Source of the DNA: Sphagnum compactum
Taxonomy: Eukaryota
Length of the DNA stretch: 64,000 nt
Assembly (NCBI GenBank): GCA_965153455.1
Contig: OZ234493.1
Location: 35,392,213-35,456,212, forward strand
Reading direction: 5' to 3'
The notes below the pieces were generated by a model, which saw nothing but the letters and a program-made list of their open reading frames with translations, had not been told where the DNA came from and searched no databases. The position numbers and the translations under genes are program-made. Positions 1 to 14,579 of the stretch are shown here, piece after piece; position 1 is the stretch's first letter; each line of letters starts with the position of its first letter.

Positions 1-3000
1 GTCACATGATTGTTGCAAAATATTCAATAGTGTAACAACACCCAACATAGCCAAATCCTAATACATACCTTCACCATCAAACATGCAACAACATAAGTCA
101 ATAATAATGAATATTAGAGGTAATCTACCACATCTCGCTATCAAAGTATCTAGTATGGTAAACAATATTACATGTTGAACTTTCATAGTTGCTTAGTTCA
201 AGTATTAACCACAATATTTTCATGTAGTTGAACATTAAACTAGTCTAATCCTCAACAAAAGTCTTTATGTACCATGTCATATATTAGCAGAATATATACT
301 TGCCCAACATTAATTTAAACCACTAGTCCAACTTGGTAGTTTTGCATTTATTGACATGCCATCTTTGACTTAACACATCTAATTTGAGACATTTTGCTTC
401 TTTGGCTTATACCTTTCTTCTGGTACCTTTGTTTTGAAAAAAATTATTTCTAAGACTTTCATTACTTAAGATTTAAGCTAATTGTTTAAACATTAATAAC
501 TTCCTCATTTTGAATCCAAATTTGATGTTTTAAGGGTTTTTTTGTAACCCTTAAAACGAGTTTCCAATGACATATCAACATCCTAAGAAAAACATTGACC
601 CCTCAAAATGTCATTTAAGTGGTTAGGAGTCACATAGATAATTTAACTCTTGACGTTTCAAAATGCCATAACTTATGCTACATATTTTTGTGTTACACAT
701 ATGACCCCGATTTATTATAGTATTTATTCTTAGGCCTTTTCAATAATCTAAATAAATTTCAATTTGAATAAGGTTTGGTCTTTCAAACCTTGATCCAAAG
801 ATTGGTGACACTCTAAGACTTTTAACTCTCAAAGTGGAAATGCACTTGAGAGTTTCGCAAGTTTCTCTTTTGCAATTTCACAAAATTCCCTTTCGATAAG
901 GGAATGTTTTGGAATCTTGTCGTGTCTTTTAAATCTTTTCAACCTATTTCATTTGTCTTGTTCCAACCTTGGTCATGAGCCCAAAATTAAGGTTGTGACA
1001 AACTTGTTCAATCTAAGTTTAAGGAAATTTCTTTGATGTGATCACATGTTGACGACAAAGTTCAAACCAATGGGCATAAAACTTTGAATGGAAAAACCTT
1101 TGCCCTTGACCTTGTTGGGTAGATGGGGTGTTAAGGTTTATTTCAATTCCCAATAACAAATGTGCAATTTGGAGATCAATAAGCTTTCTAATCTAATTTG
1201 TGTTCTCACATGATATTGTTTAAATTGATCGTAATTGTCTATGAAGGACCTTTCTAGATGACAAAGGTGAATGCACATAAAAGTGAATTGAATTTTTGAC
1301 ACATGGACAATACACAAAAGTCCAAAAACTATTTAAAAAAATCATGTGTATATTTAAAATTATGGGAACCACATAACAAGGTGTCATTGGAATGATTTTG
1401 TACACTTGAAATTATTGCTTTGCTATATAATTTTATATTTGAAGGATGAACATTTTGACTATTAATTTCAATGAATGTTTAAAGACTTTATTAGGTACCA
1501 TGCAACTCAATGTACAACTCAATGTTTTGGTCTACAACATCATTCAAAAACATTTATACTAATGTCATCACAATATCATACTTTATCCAAAAATATTCAC
1601 TAAAATGGGCAAGACATGAAGATTTATTGAGTCCATGTTCATATAAGTATTTTCACTAGGTTTGTTACATCACTTAAAAGTCCTTTTTAATAGTGAAATG
1701 ATGTCATTTCATCATGAAATTATATATATATATATATATATATAAGATGAATCCTTTCCAAGTATTTTAATTTTAATTCCAATTCATATTTTAACAAACT
1801 CACCCCATACAAATTGCCACTATGGCACCAAAAATTTAATTGTCATGAAATTGTATAATTGATGTTCAAGTAAGGTGTCAACATTTCTTTTCTAAAACTT
1901 CCAAGCTTGAAGAGGTTATTTTTTGTATTCATTGGGTACCACATACGTTCAAAGGATAATTATTTATTGAAAAATGTGATAGTTTTGGTAATTGAAAAAA
2001 ATCAAAACTTTTTTAGATGTAGTAAACCCCTTTAATTTAAGCCCTTTTTTTTCCCCTAAGTTTTCACTAAAATTTTACTTTTTTCCACATTTTCCTTTAA
2101 TTAGCTAACCTTTTTCTAGTTATGATGAACTCAAGTCTCAATTTATAAAAATTGAAAAATCACCCTTCATATTTTGAAGGCCAACCAAAAAAAACATCAC
2201 ACTACCCCTAGATACAACAATATCATTTCATTCGTACCATGAATGTTCATGAATTTTAACATGAAAGTTGAAAGATAAGTCTTGATGGTTTGACATTCAC
2301 TTTTCATGATAATTTTTGGTTAGGACTACACAAGCTAGAAGGTGAAATTTGGAACAAAGGTGAAACTTCATTCACAAATAAGATGAATTATGAAAAGCAT
2401 TTATGGGCATTACAAGCATAAGCATTTTGGGACCACACACCCATTGGCCGCATAATCTTACATGTTGCAACATCCTAATCTATCTTTTGTTATTAAGTAT
2501 GAGTGCACTGCACTTTTTTTATATTTTCTTGAGATTTATGATACTTTTGGTTGGAAAAATATTTGAAAGCAAAAAAAAAAAAAAAAAAAAAAAAAACCTT
2601 ATTGGAAAGAAAAAAAAGTAAAATTGCAAATATGAAGCATGTGTACACATACATATTATGTAACATATAATTACAAGTAGACCTTCTATAATCCCATTGA
2701 TGAAGGTTTAGAATGCTTTGATCCTTGTGTAATACCATGATTCTCCATGTGTTTGCTCATTCATACATTCATTTTCAAATGCAAGCATATGATCATGATT
2801 TTCATAAACATGTTAAAGGCAAAATCTGCACGTTCTAGTGCTTTACATTATGGTACTTCAAAGTGGGAATTTCATGTGTGCTAATCCATTCATAGATCAT
2901 ACAAATAAGCCAAAGCAATTTGATGATATGGTGGTTTATTGGGGCTGAAATGACATTGGAATAAACCTTACAAATGTATAGCCCAATGGTAACTTCTAAT

Positions 3001-6000
3001 AACTTGGTTTCATGCTTCATTAGTCCCAAACAAAAAATTGATTTTTAATGATTTCAGTAGGTATTAATGTGGTTATTTTCACCAATGCCAACTTATGTTG
3101 TTGCACCAACTCCTTGTCAATAAAACATATTTAGATTAGCTTGGTCAAAAAATGGTATATTTTTCAGTATATCATAAATTTCTTACATTTCATTGTGATT
3201 AGTAAAAAAAGACAAGAATTTGTGTTTGAAGAAAAATAAGGACATTTCAATACATGACACATTAAGGTTCAATTTCAAAGTCTATATTGCAACTAAATAT
3301 TTTCACTTATGAATTCTTCAACATGTGGATCAATGAAAGAATGGCATGTGTTATATGTTCACTACATTTCTTCAAGGACATTTAGGAACAAATTTGTTTT
3401 TAGGTATTTTCTTATGTAGCCTAAATGGTGATCATCGATAGAAAGATGTGGAAAAAGTGGTGATCGTCTTTAAGAATATTTAGTCAAATTTGGCTATAAA
3501 TTAAACATGAAGGGGTCCATTCAAGGTTGGGGTACACAAAAAGAATGTATCACCCCAAAATCCATTTAAGATACTACTTTGAATAACCATTACATTTACG
3601 AAATAATTTATTTGGTAAATTTTTTCATTAAACACTTACTTTTAAATTAAAATGGTGATGAGTTTTTGTGATTTAGATGATTAAAACATATCTTTAAATG
3701 TTTTGAAAGAAGGCTCAGGAACCGTGTCCCATTGCATAGGACTATTGAAAAGGACTCAATATGACTAACAATATTTGTTCAAATTGTTCCATATTTTAAT
3801 CATAATTAGAATAAAGTATGTTCTATATGATGGCATAAATTTTTAGTATGATAAATCACAATTTTTTTGGGAATTGATGTTAAAATCTTGGATTTTTTTT
3901 CATAAAGAAGGTTACATTAATAAGGACAATCAAATTAATTTTTATAATTACAAAATTACATTCCAAAGGTTTGGAAAAAAGTCTAGAAGATGTGGGTGCA
4001 AATAATAGGACATATATTTTTTGAAAGGAGACTATGTCATTTGTAAACATGTCATGTAGTCCTACATTCCTTTTTGGTTTATACTTGAAAACGACATTAA
4101 AATTTGTTCAATTGATTTGAATAATTTATTATAACACTTACAAGTTAAAAGTTTAAAATTTTTTGAACACAAAGCATGAAAAAATAAATTGGGTTTTAAT
4201 TATCTTTCATTGACTTATAGGGGCCACCTTTGAAGCACATTCATAATCATAAGAACTGAAAAATAAATTAGACCTTACTAAAAACTACAAAAGGAATGGA
4301 TATGCCTATGGTGACATTAGAAAGTCATGTTAATCATGACAATTTTTGTTAAATAATTAATAGGAAGGTTGAAGAATAATTCAATTTGAAAAACCATTAC
4401 ATCTAATTTAAGGTTTTGGTATATGTTTAAAGACTTTTCAAATTGAGTAACAATTGTATGTTGATGTGGAAAAGTATTTGGGCATTAGGAAACTATGAAT
4501 CACATTCAAAATGCACAAAAGAGATCAAATTAATTTTAAAAAAAAATTAAATTTCCAATATGTTCATATTTAAACAAATTCAATTACATAAAAATGGGGT
4601 ACAATCTACATCTATAGTTTATAATAAAAAGAAAATGAAACATGATACAATAATGCATGTATTTTGGTATGTTTGACCATTTTTCAAATGTACCACAAAA
4701 CATCCATGTTACAAAGATAAATGTTTATTTACTGGTGATAATCATACAACTAATGGAATATGGGGGCAATACCCAACATAAGATATGCAAATTGCAAAAA
4801 GTTTCATTCAAAAAAAATTTAAATACATAAAAAGCTATTTTGAGGCATTCATAAGCTTTGGATAAGACAACACCTTTGGTTCTATGATAGTGAATGTATC
4901 CCGTGATGTGGTCATTAATGGTTGGGATGACATGGTAGATGCAAAGTCCTTTGTATTGGTGATGGCTCCAATTAGTGCCTCTCTTGGCAAAGTTTTGAAA
5001 GATTGTTGTTACATTGAATAACTTCTGTAATGGCTTGATTTAAAAGGTAGGATTTGACACAATAAGAAAAAATCCCTTCATGTCATTATGTAATTCAAAT
5101 CTAAAAATAATTAATGAATGTAGATTCATCCCATGAGATGTCATAAGTCAATTGCCTAAACATGTATACGGGGTGATGGATAAAGGTGCAACTTTGTTTT
5201 GAATGTGCATGTTATGAATTTTAGTACTTTGATCCTTTGTAAGCTATTGATATATGGGGTTCTATGGCTTAGGTTAACTGGTTTCTTGGTAAAGATCTAT
5301 TAATTATGGGTTGATTATGGTATTAATTGTTTTGATTCCTTTACCAAACAAAGATGAACCCATCTCTATACACCTTCCTTGCGTGTATGCCAAGTTAACA
5401 TCTCATTCCCAAATAAGGATAGCTTTGTTTTGAAAATTTGAATTTTTTTTAAACAACCCCTATCCATTACCAAATAGAGGTACTCACACCTCTATTCTTC
5501 CAAAGTTTTGGAGTTTACAAATCCTCCCATTACCAAACATAGATTGGAAACATTGAGAAGGGTAATGTCATGATTGGCCACCCATTACCAAACACACTAT
5601 TCCAAATGAACATCACATTATTTTGGTTGTGGGGTGTAATAACACCCATGACCAAACACATAACATTCTTTCATGAGCGGGCAACGTTCAATTTTCAAAC
5701 AAAAAAACTCAAAGTTGAATAGACAAATTTAGGGTATGCTTGTTTGGTTACAGGCTTGGATATGTTTGTTTACTAGGTGTTCGATCACCAACAAAGGTTC
5801 AATGAAGGACAATTCTATCCTACCACCTTCAATGCCAATGCCCTCAAACAACATAACTCCCCATCAACCTGCCTTCAAACAACATAACCCCCCTTGGACC
5901 CGCCCTTACCCTACACTTAACTTGGCGGCCTTCCCCTAAACTTAGCAGAGGTACCCCTCAACTATCAGCAGTCAGGAATCCCGCCATGCCACTAGAGTAC

Positions 6001-6997
6001 TTCAATAGTTTGGGGGCCATGATGCAGCTGATTACATTTGTTGTTGTTGGAGTTGTCCATTTGTGTACATTCAAACAGAGACCTCTATCTTTCATTACCC
6101 AGAGGCAGTGCCATGAAGTTCACAAACATACAAGACACTAGTGCTATCTTCACTGGATTGCTTGGTACTATGTCCGACACTAGTATTACCGCACTATGCA
6201 CAAGAAATGATGGATGGGTGAGGCAGTGAGAATGGCATGGCATGGGCTGAACTCACTTGGAAGTGAGTTAATCTGGCCTTACTGCTGTCTAGCTTTTTTC
6301 TTGTACCCAACATGTTCAAAGCAAAATTTGAACCTTCATGTCCAATTGGCCTTCCAGTAAGTGCTAAACTTTCCTAGGCATTCTCACCAATTGATGCTAC
6401 TCAGAAAACTGGAAAAACAACCCCCTGTCCATGAGGTGCACAGTCTCAAAGTGATATGTCTGTGATGATGAAACAAGAAGATTTAGGCATGTTTCTGTTT
6501 GTTTTTGCTGCATGTGGTAACTAGTAACCCATCATCTTCTTCATCTCATATACCTTTCAAGCTGAGCTAGGAGCTCGGCAGCTACATCGTGATTAATTTC
6601 CACAGTCAACAGGCAAACCCTTTGTTTCTGTTTCCCTAAGAAAATAGGCTTGTATGTTGTATCTCATGTCACCAAACCACACAAACAGATATCAGCAAAC
6701 TTCTGTACCTTCGGATTGTTTCCTCTACTACCATGTTAGAAGATGCATTTTACCACATTCATCTAACTTGTACTGATCAGTCAACATGTTGTGCATTTTG
6801 ACATAGGTACTTGAAAGCTTTTTTCCCCCCCCCCCTTTTCTTCTTCCTGAGAGCCATGGCTCTGTCTTGAAGCTGTTTGGGAAACCAAAATCCACAATTG
6901 TACCTGGAGATCTACTAGCCTGCCTACTTTTGATATCATAAGTCTTGTCCTCAATTTCAGATGAGGAGGCTACACATACACACAGCTACACTTGATT

Positions 6998-7334
6998 CTT
7001 GGTCTGGCTGCTATTCACATGTTCAGTTGTGATTTGTTTGCCCCATAGTTCCACTTGGTCTGGCTGCTATTCACATGTTCAGTTGTGATTTGTTTGCCCA
7101 AAGTTCCACTTGGTCTGGCTGCTATTCACATGTTCAGTTGTGATTTGTTTGCCCCATAGTTCCACTTGGTCTGGCTGCAATTCACATGTTCAGTTGTGAT
7201 TTGTTTGCCCCATAGTTCCACTTGGTCTGGCTGCAATTCACATGTTCAGTTGTGATTTGTTTGCCCCAAAGTTCCACTTGGTCTGGCTGCTATTCACATG
7301 TTCAGTTGTGATTTGTTTGCCCCATAGTTCCACT
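6998..7334. repeat. Minisatellite, 6 x 56 bp
   Basis: Units start at 6998, 7054, 7109, 7165, 7221 and 7277 (CTTGGTCTGGCTGCTATTCACATGTTCAGTTGTGATTTGTTTGCCCCATAGTTCCA), near-identical, no spacers. Confidence 0.97.
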
Positions 7335-7419
7335 CTCGAATCATAAGTGCATGTACCAAGTAAGCTTACCTTGTTGTGAAATTTGGCACAACAAGTTTTG
7401 AGGCGTTTTAAGTTTTATC

Positions 7420-7762
7420 CAGTGTTGGGCAGTTCTTTGAATTTTTAAAGAACCACCAGTTCGGGTTCTTTAAATTTAGCAGAACCAAAGAACTGCTGGT
7501 TTCACTTCTTTCAAACAATTTCCAAATCAAAGAACCGGTGGTCATGGTTATTTCAAAAACCTCGCGGAACTGGCAGTTTTCATGAAAGAAGTGGTGATTC
7601 TTTGGCTGGTTCTTTGACTCTTTCAGATTTGTAGAGAAGAGAATCCTGGTTACATGCCAATATTGGTTCTTTGATTTTTAATAACCAGGAGGTAAGTGTC
7701 TATGCCCAGGTTGATAACCGGAGGGTATCTCTGTCCCTGATTGTGAGAACTGCCCAACACTA
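7420..7762. mobile_element. hAT-like MITE
   Basis: Perfect 16-bp IR AGTGTTGGGCAGTTCT (7421-7436 / 7746-7761). 8-bp flanks GTTTTATC/GTTTTGAC match at 6 of 8. GGTTCT/AGAACC-rich interior; related starts near 15447 and 38828. Confidence 0.75.
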
Positions 7763-10515
7763 GTTTTGACCAGCATTGGGTCGTTGTCAATTTTTGGAAC
7801 CAGCAGGTAAGGGTTAGGGTTTATGTATACCCTTGACTGATGGTTAGCAAGCTCAAAGGACTGGTTCTAACCCGTGACCAGAGGTTCTACAACTCATTAG
7901 ACACAGTTTTGACCCTTAACCAGGGTTCTAAAAAGAACCAAAGGACTGGGTCAAAGAAATGGCTTATTAATTGGCCGGTTCGTTCATGAGAACCACCATT
8001 CTTCATAAAATTGTGGATGCCCAGAACCGGAGGTTCTTCTCAAAACATTAGAGAACCAGAAATGGAGGTTCTGAGATTCTGAAAAGTTCAAAAATAATTA
8101 AATGAAAGCTTGTTAACAAAAATCAAACCCGTGTTGTTATTCAGGTGAAAAAGTTTGTTGAAAACTGTAGTAAACTGGCCCAAAAAACAAATGACCCAAC
8201 ACTAAAAAATGTGTGTCAAAATGTGGCAAATGTTTTCCTGACAAAAAAAACTGTTTTCTCAAAAAGTTTGGCCAAAAATGCGGGGAAATGGCAACAGAAT
8301 ATTCATTTATATTTTTTGAGGTTGAAATTAGGTGTGTGAAATCTCTTGCCCGAAAAAAAAAAAAAAAAAAAAAAAAACACTGCTTTGTACATGAGCGAAA
8401 GTTTCAAGCACAGCAGCTGAACTCCCCGACTGTCCATGTTGCACAAGTGGAAGGACCTCGCTACAATTTCTTTCTGAGTTATACAAGATAGCACCTTACA
8501 AGGTGGAAAGAGCCTGTGCTCTGGGGATGGTAAGTTTAAGACCCGCAGGATCTCTGTCCAGTTCTTAACCCCATTTCAGACCCGGCAGGCTGGTCAAGGA
8601 TATAACCTACTCTTGGACCCTTGGTGGTAACCGGCCATCAAAACACTTGGATGGGATACACAGTCCCTACAGCCAATCACTTTCAAATTGGGTATTACAG
8701 ATTGGGTGGTATGATGTGCAAATTGTGTGTGTGGGGGGGGGGGGATGCCTCTGGCTCTAATAACATAACCGCCAATTTTCAGCTGCACCTTTCTCACACC
8801 CGACCATGGCACTTACCAAGAGTAGTCATTTTTCTTTTTGCGGATCCTTTGAAATCTCCACAATCAGAGCTCGTGTTTACACCCATTGCTTCCTATTTTT
8901 CACACCCGTGGCCACTTACCTCATCCAAAATTTGACCGACAAACAATTCAATTTTATTGTTGCCACTGAAGATCCCCTTATATTAAGAGTAGAGTGTATA
9001 CCAATCTATGTGATTGCATGATTTGAATGATACATTGGAGTGCACATCTTGAGAGTGGTATTGATTATTGCATTTTCTCTCAAGTGTGATGTCTTGTTGG
9101 TATTTCACATAATTGTTACATTTGGTGAGCTATAATGTTGTGATATGGTGCAGGGATTGTGAAGTATTATAAGTGCACAGTGCATGGTGCAGTCTGGAGA
9201 CTATTTTAACATCAAGAGGGTGTCAAAGTCTAGGGGTTTGTATCAAAGAACTTCCTTGCATTCTCTATCATGGTTACCAAAGGCATTGCAGGAACTGTTT
9301 GGTACAGTGGGCAGATTTGAAGACTTTAATGAGAATACTCCAAACACATCATAAAAGCTTCTGGATGAGGATTTATTCAGGACTGCCACATAGACAGTAC
9401 GCCTTAAAGGTCATCAGGAGAGCAATGTGTATAAATTTGCTTCCACTGATTCCAGGACCAATAGACTTCACACCATCAAAGTTGTTCTTGCACCGATTAT
9501 CATTGTTTACTACAGTATGTAATTGAAGAAGGAAAGGTGGCTCATTTATCACAATGAGCAGAGGTTGTCGCTACTGCATTTGCCTTCAATATACCACACA
9601 CACTTTACCGTGTTGATCACAAAGATACTAATAAGCATTCATGATATTCATTCCACAGTATCTTCCCACATGTTCTCCCCTTGTGATGGAACATACACAC
9701 ACATGCAGCAGTAGGAAGGTGCAGGCGAGTGTAAGTATGCACTTTCTGCAATCACTCACCTCAAAATCAGTGTTAAACCGGCTTGCATTCAGACAGTATT
9801 TAGAGAACACAGAAAAACACAGCCTGTGTCCACCAAAGGAGAAATGGACTCTACCCAGAAAACTTTACTACATCAATGAATGAACATAAAGAATAAATCC
9901 TCCAGGCTCCTCCAAGCTCCAAAATGGTTGGCACTGCAAACCCATATCGCACAATGTGGCTTGGAACTCTTTTTGTCCAATTCTTGTTCAGATCAAGAAG
10001 CCTGGCTGGCCACAAACTGGATGAGGCCTATGGGCAATAAGAAAAAAACATGCACCTGTGTCAAATTCCAGACATGAAAAACATTTCTTCCATTGCACCC
10101 TGCCATGCTTTTAGACAAATTTTTTTTCACAAAATAAGCACAAAGTAGCAAGGCATTAGACCTTAGACCTTGGGTGTTAACCAAAACAAGGTCATTTGAG
10201 GGGGGGTCAATAAATCAAACCTTGCCAATGTTGAGCATCATGATTGATCCTCTGAAATGTTGTACCTAATATGAATGGGTAAATGTATAGCGGGGTGAAA
10301 TACCAAAATTAAATGTTGGAAGTGAAAAAAATGAAACTCTATGAGAGCACACTTTGAGATGAGTACTGTAACAGCTGAGCAAATGCATACCCATGACTTA
10401 TAACACCAGATACAGAATGATGTCATGTCATTGCTGCCCTTGAGCTCATGGAAATATTCTTAGATCCCAAAGTAGGATCCTTCATCGGCAGCCCATTTAT
10501 AGTCAGAATCATAAG

Positions 10516-13500
10516 TTAATGCCTCCAGTCTTTGCTGCCATTGTCTTGAAGCTCTGTGGATCCCTGGTTCAAGTCCTTCAGCATCTCCACCACTTGTTGC
10601 ATTGTTGGTCTGTTTGCAGGGGAATTTTGTGCACACATCGTTGCTGCCTGCCATATATGTGCATAATTACTTAGGCACAATTTGTAAGCTACAAAGCAAT
10701 GTGCCACAAAATTTACCTGGCAACATATCAACCTGCCTAACAAGCAAAGACAAAGATTTTCCCACAACTGGGAAAGTGAGTTCAGTGTAAGGTAAAGCAC
10801 AAGGGTGAGGGCGTTACTGAAATATGGGCCCATGCGAGGTGGCAGTGAAGTGCTGCCCAATTTCAGTAATGCCCTTGTATGCATGCTTTACCAAGTGTAA
10901 AGATCAACCTTGCATTTTGTTTTTTAATTTTTTTTCCCATCAGGTATCACAGGAAAAGAAGACAACAGGCTTTACCAAATTGGGAATGCCTGCAGGAGCA
11001 GAACTTTCTGTTTTGGAAAAGCCCGGTGGGATTTTTTACGCTCTGCAAGGTGCTCTCTAGATACACTAGAGAAATGAGAGGAGGTCTTTATTCTACCTGT
11101 ACCACCCTGGTCAATTCATACTCATGGAATTCGCCGCACAGCTTTGGATCAGCTAAGTCATGAAAGTTTCCTTGCAAGACCAAGGGGCCAGCCCACTCCA
11201 CAATTGTCCGCTTCGTGGCCCCTATCCGTTCAATTGGCTTCCTCCCACTGATGAGCTCCAGTAGCAGTATTCCAAAGCTGTACACATCGCACATCTCAGA
11301 AACTTTTCCCCACATGGCATACTCTGGTGCTAAGTATCCGAGTGTACCCTTCACTCGTGTTGTTACATGTGTTGCACCCTCTGGAATTAGCTTTGCAAAT
11401 CCAAAATCCGCCAACTGGGCCTCAAAATTCTCATCCAAGAGAACGTTGCTGGCCTTGATGTCCCGGTGAATAATGTGGGGTTTTGCATAGTGGTGTAAGT
11501 AACTGTACAGAGACACCAGACAAAAACAATTAACCATTTTTTGCTTGTCACCCACATGCTAGCTTCTCATTTTACATCAACAGGTAGCTGGTATTGTAGC
11601 GTTTACAAAAAGCTTGTAAACCCTAAGACCCATTTCATCAATTGGTGAATGTCTCTTGAATCCAGAACATCAGGCCTGCTTTTGCAGTTCTTTGACGCTG
11701 CCCAGGCACACTTCAGTGAGTTTCAGTTGGTTGCAATTCAGGGAGTGAAATCTATTGCATTTCCAGAAGCAGACAAAAGACTCAGTCCTGATGTTGGCCA
11801 TCCAGCAGTTGAGATACAGAAGACAGGGATTAGTACTTACGCAAGGCCTTCAGCAGAACCAGTGGCGATTTTCATTCTCCGTTGCCAATTGAGGGCAGAC
11901 TCTGATGAGAGTTCGCCATGCAAATGGGATAGCAAACTGAGCTTGGGCATGTAGTCGTACACAATCAAGCGCTCCTGGCCCTCCGCACAGTAACCTCTCA
12001 GGCTTAACAAGTTTTTGTGTCGAACACGCCCCAGAATTTCAACTTCTACTGCAAACTCCATCTCTGCCTTAGTGCTCCACACTTTCAACCTTTTCACTGC
12101 AATCTGCTTCCCCATATCACCCAGGGTCTCTCATTTCAGCTCCAGAGAAGCAAATTGATGATACCTTGCAAAATACAGTCAAACGGAATTGCACACAAAT
12201 AAGACACTGCAATTTCCCCTCAAGAAAGCACTGGTAGGTAGGTAGTCACATGCAATGCGCTAGGTGATTGAGAAAGTCCAGAAAGTAGCAAACAAAACCC
12301 AATCTCACCATAACAACAACAATGCAGGTGCCCACTTTAGGTCCAAACCTAGTACCATCCTGAAGGCTAGGAACTGACTCATGTGCTGAAGATGATGAGG
12401 TTCTGTAGAGAAGGCAACATAATCAGTCAAACAGGCATATTCTAACAGAGTCTGCAAGCTGCAAAGGGGGAAAAGAGGAGCATGTGGTACACTAGAGTGT
12501 GGGATTAACAGGCCATGACATGACTCCATACTTGGTCTCCATTCGGTAGTTGGCCCCAGTAAACTCTGCCAAAGCCACCTTCCCCTATCTTGTTGTCGTA
12601 GTTGAAACTGCTTGTAGCTGTATGCAATTCTCTTAATGAAAATATGCGCCATGTACCACGACCATGACCACCACCACCACCACCACTTTTGTTGTTATCC
12701 ACCAGCCTGCACTCACCAATGACATCATAAAGCTCAAAACATCATTCACATATTTTTTCCATCCAACACATAATATCTGATGATGTCAAGAGTCTGCCTT
12801 TGAGCATCTCCATGGGCACTGAGTAGTGAAATCTTGGATGAGGTACAGGAGTCAAATCCAGTGGATTCACTGGAAAGACTGCAGTGACTCTGAAAAAATG
12901 CACAGCTTTCAGAGCACTGGAGGAGCCCTGGACCAGTCTAATAGACACAGTCCAACCGTATTTATTGACTGCTCCCTGTTTCTGATTGGCTAGATAGTTT
13001 GATTGGTCCAAGTGGGTTGCTATTAGTAGTCTCCCACCTAGTTGTATTCCCAGTTTCAGTTTCATGGGTGTGGTTGGAAAAAAGAAAGTAACTAAAACTT
13101 GGATGTGAGCAACATTTTTGCAGGGTCACATAACAAGCACTGCTGGAGATGCTCTTAGATCATCAAATGCTGCCCTTGAGATTGCCAAAAGCTGAGCCTG
13201 CCTGAACTATACCCAGCTTGACATCGCCTTCCCACATGGCTGCCCAACCCTACTTCCCATCATGAGTTTGGATGTGTCATTGGACAATGGAGGAGGAAGA
13301 AGAAGAGCAGCCCGGATTCAATCCTGTAATACTTCGGTGTAGCTTCATCCCAGTCTTTGTTTTCACATGATCCTGGCGAGGCCACCTTCACCACTGCTAG
13401 AGATTTTCAACAAAGTAGTAGGTAGTACTGAAGAAGTCCAAGAAAGAGGGAGGGAAGAAACAACTCACATTTCTTCACTTGCGCGCCCCCTGCAGCACCA

Positions 13501-13518
13501 TTTTGCAAGCAATGCCAT
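10516..13518 (-). CDS. Receptor-like cytoplasmic kinase, PTI1-like/At3g15890-type, 341 aa; exons 13469-13518, 12532-12706, 11841-12103, 11097-11502, 10516-10647
   Basis: Five exons joined by GT..AG introns in consistent phase (50+175+263+406+132=1026 nt). Protein: MALLAKWCCRGRASEEMLVDNNKSGGGGGGHGRGTWRIFSLRELHTATSSFNYDNKIGEGGFG..IAVKRLK..HRDIKASN..DFG..GTLGYLAPEY..DVYSFG..RPTMQQVVEML..WRH*. All catalytic motifs are intact; no ectodomain or TM segment. Exon 1 is the least certain. Confidence 0.92.
12802..13154 (-). mobile_element. PIF/Harbinger (Tourist-like) MITE in kinase intron 1
   Basis: TIR GAGCATCTCCA..TGGAGATGCTC with flanks TTT/TTA. Interior is the reverse-complement homolog of 37706-38042. 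Confidence 0.8.
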
Positions 13519-14579
13519 AATTAATCCTTGCAGGAGCTGATCACAGCTACTGATTCTCTCTCTCTCTCTCCTCCGCCTTGTTTCCCCTAAAATCTCAAGC
13601 TGATCTGAATATCTCACCAGCTGCTGTCCTCCCTCGACTACCGGCTAGTTCCCACTCGCCCCGTCTGTTGTACGTCCAGTAGCTGCTGCTTCTTCTTAAG
13701 CTTCAAGTTGAGAAGCTGCAACATGAGCCGCAGCTGCTGACGTTATTCTCAAACTCATGAGCTGCAGTACTACTAGTGGGAAAAAACCCCATAGCTTTCT
13801 ACACACTATGTGCGGATCGAAAACCTGCTGGCTGCAGACACCCTCGATCTGCATACATAGTTAGATGCTAGTGTCAGGCAGCTGAGCTACCTGGTAGTAC
13901 TAAGCTGCAGGCATATAATAAGCAGCAGCAGCCAGCACTGTACATAAACATAGCTGAGCCAGACCTAGACAAGACGTCCCTGGCAGGCAGACAGGCAGCA
14001 AACTCTTTCTATTTTCTCCTGCTGATCCCGCACGGACCTTCAGCCAGACAGAAGAAACTCTCCGCAGCTACAGCAGCAAAAGAAAAGCCCACTCCAGACG
14101 TACGTGACGACGCTAACAAGTCCCGTCGCAACACGCAAAACACATACACGACACTCCTCACAGTCTACACACTGCACACATTCCCTCTGTGTGCGTGTGT
14201 GTGCAGGCCAGCGTGAAAGCAAGCGGCAGCGCACAGCAGCGCAGTAGCATGAGGCCGGACAGCAACGTAGTAAGTTTTCCCTTTGGCTCCCTTTGGTACC
14301 ATAGCTAACCATTGTGGTGGTTTAGTGCTATCGTTATTATGCCCTAGTAGTTTTGCCTTGGTTCAAACCAGCACCCACTTTGGTACCATGGTAAAATTTG
14401 CAAAATCCATTTAAATTATTGCTAAATATTGCAGATATGCTACCCCTTTAGACTACATCAGGGTCTCCCAGTTCAAATCTAACCTTTTTTGGGCTTCATT
14501 TGGCCTCTAAGAGGCCTTGCTCAAAATGGTGAAGGTATCAACATGGGTGCTGGTTCACCCTGGCCGGCAGTTTGGAGTC

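Noticed and set aside
580-1000. Possible solo-LTR remnant ending GGTTGTGACA
   Set aside because: No partner end or TSD found in the window; it rests only on resemblance.
3980-4060. SWIM-like CxC..CxH (RCGCK..VICKHV) suggesting a Mutator transposase relic
   Set aside because: In-frame stops, atypical spacing and no other transposase motif seen.
6998-7334. CRISPR-like array
   Set aside because: Units are contiguous with no unique spacers, there are no cas genes, and the context is eukaryotic.
10460-10654. Alternative-frame C-terminal extension of the kinase (..LEALTYDSDYKWAADEGSYFGI)
   Set aside because: No splice site found that reaches this frame while keeping subdomain XI; would need ortholog alignment.
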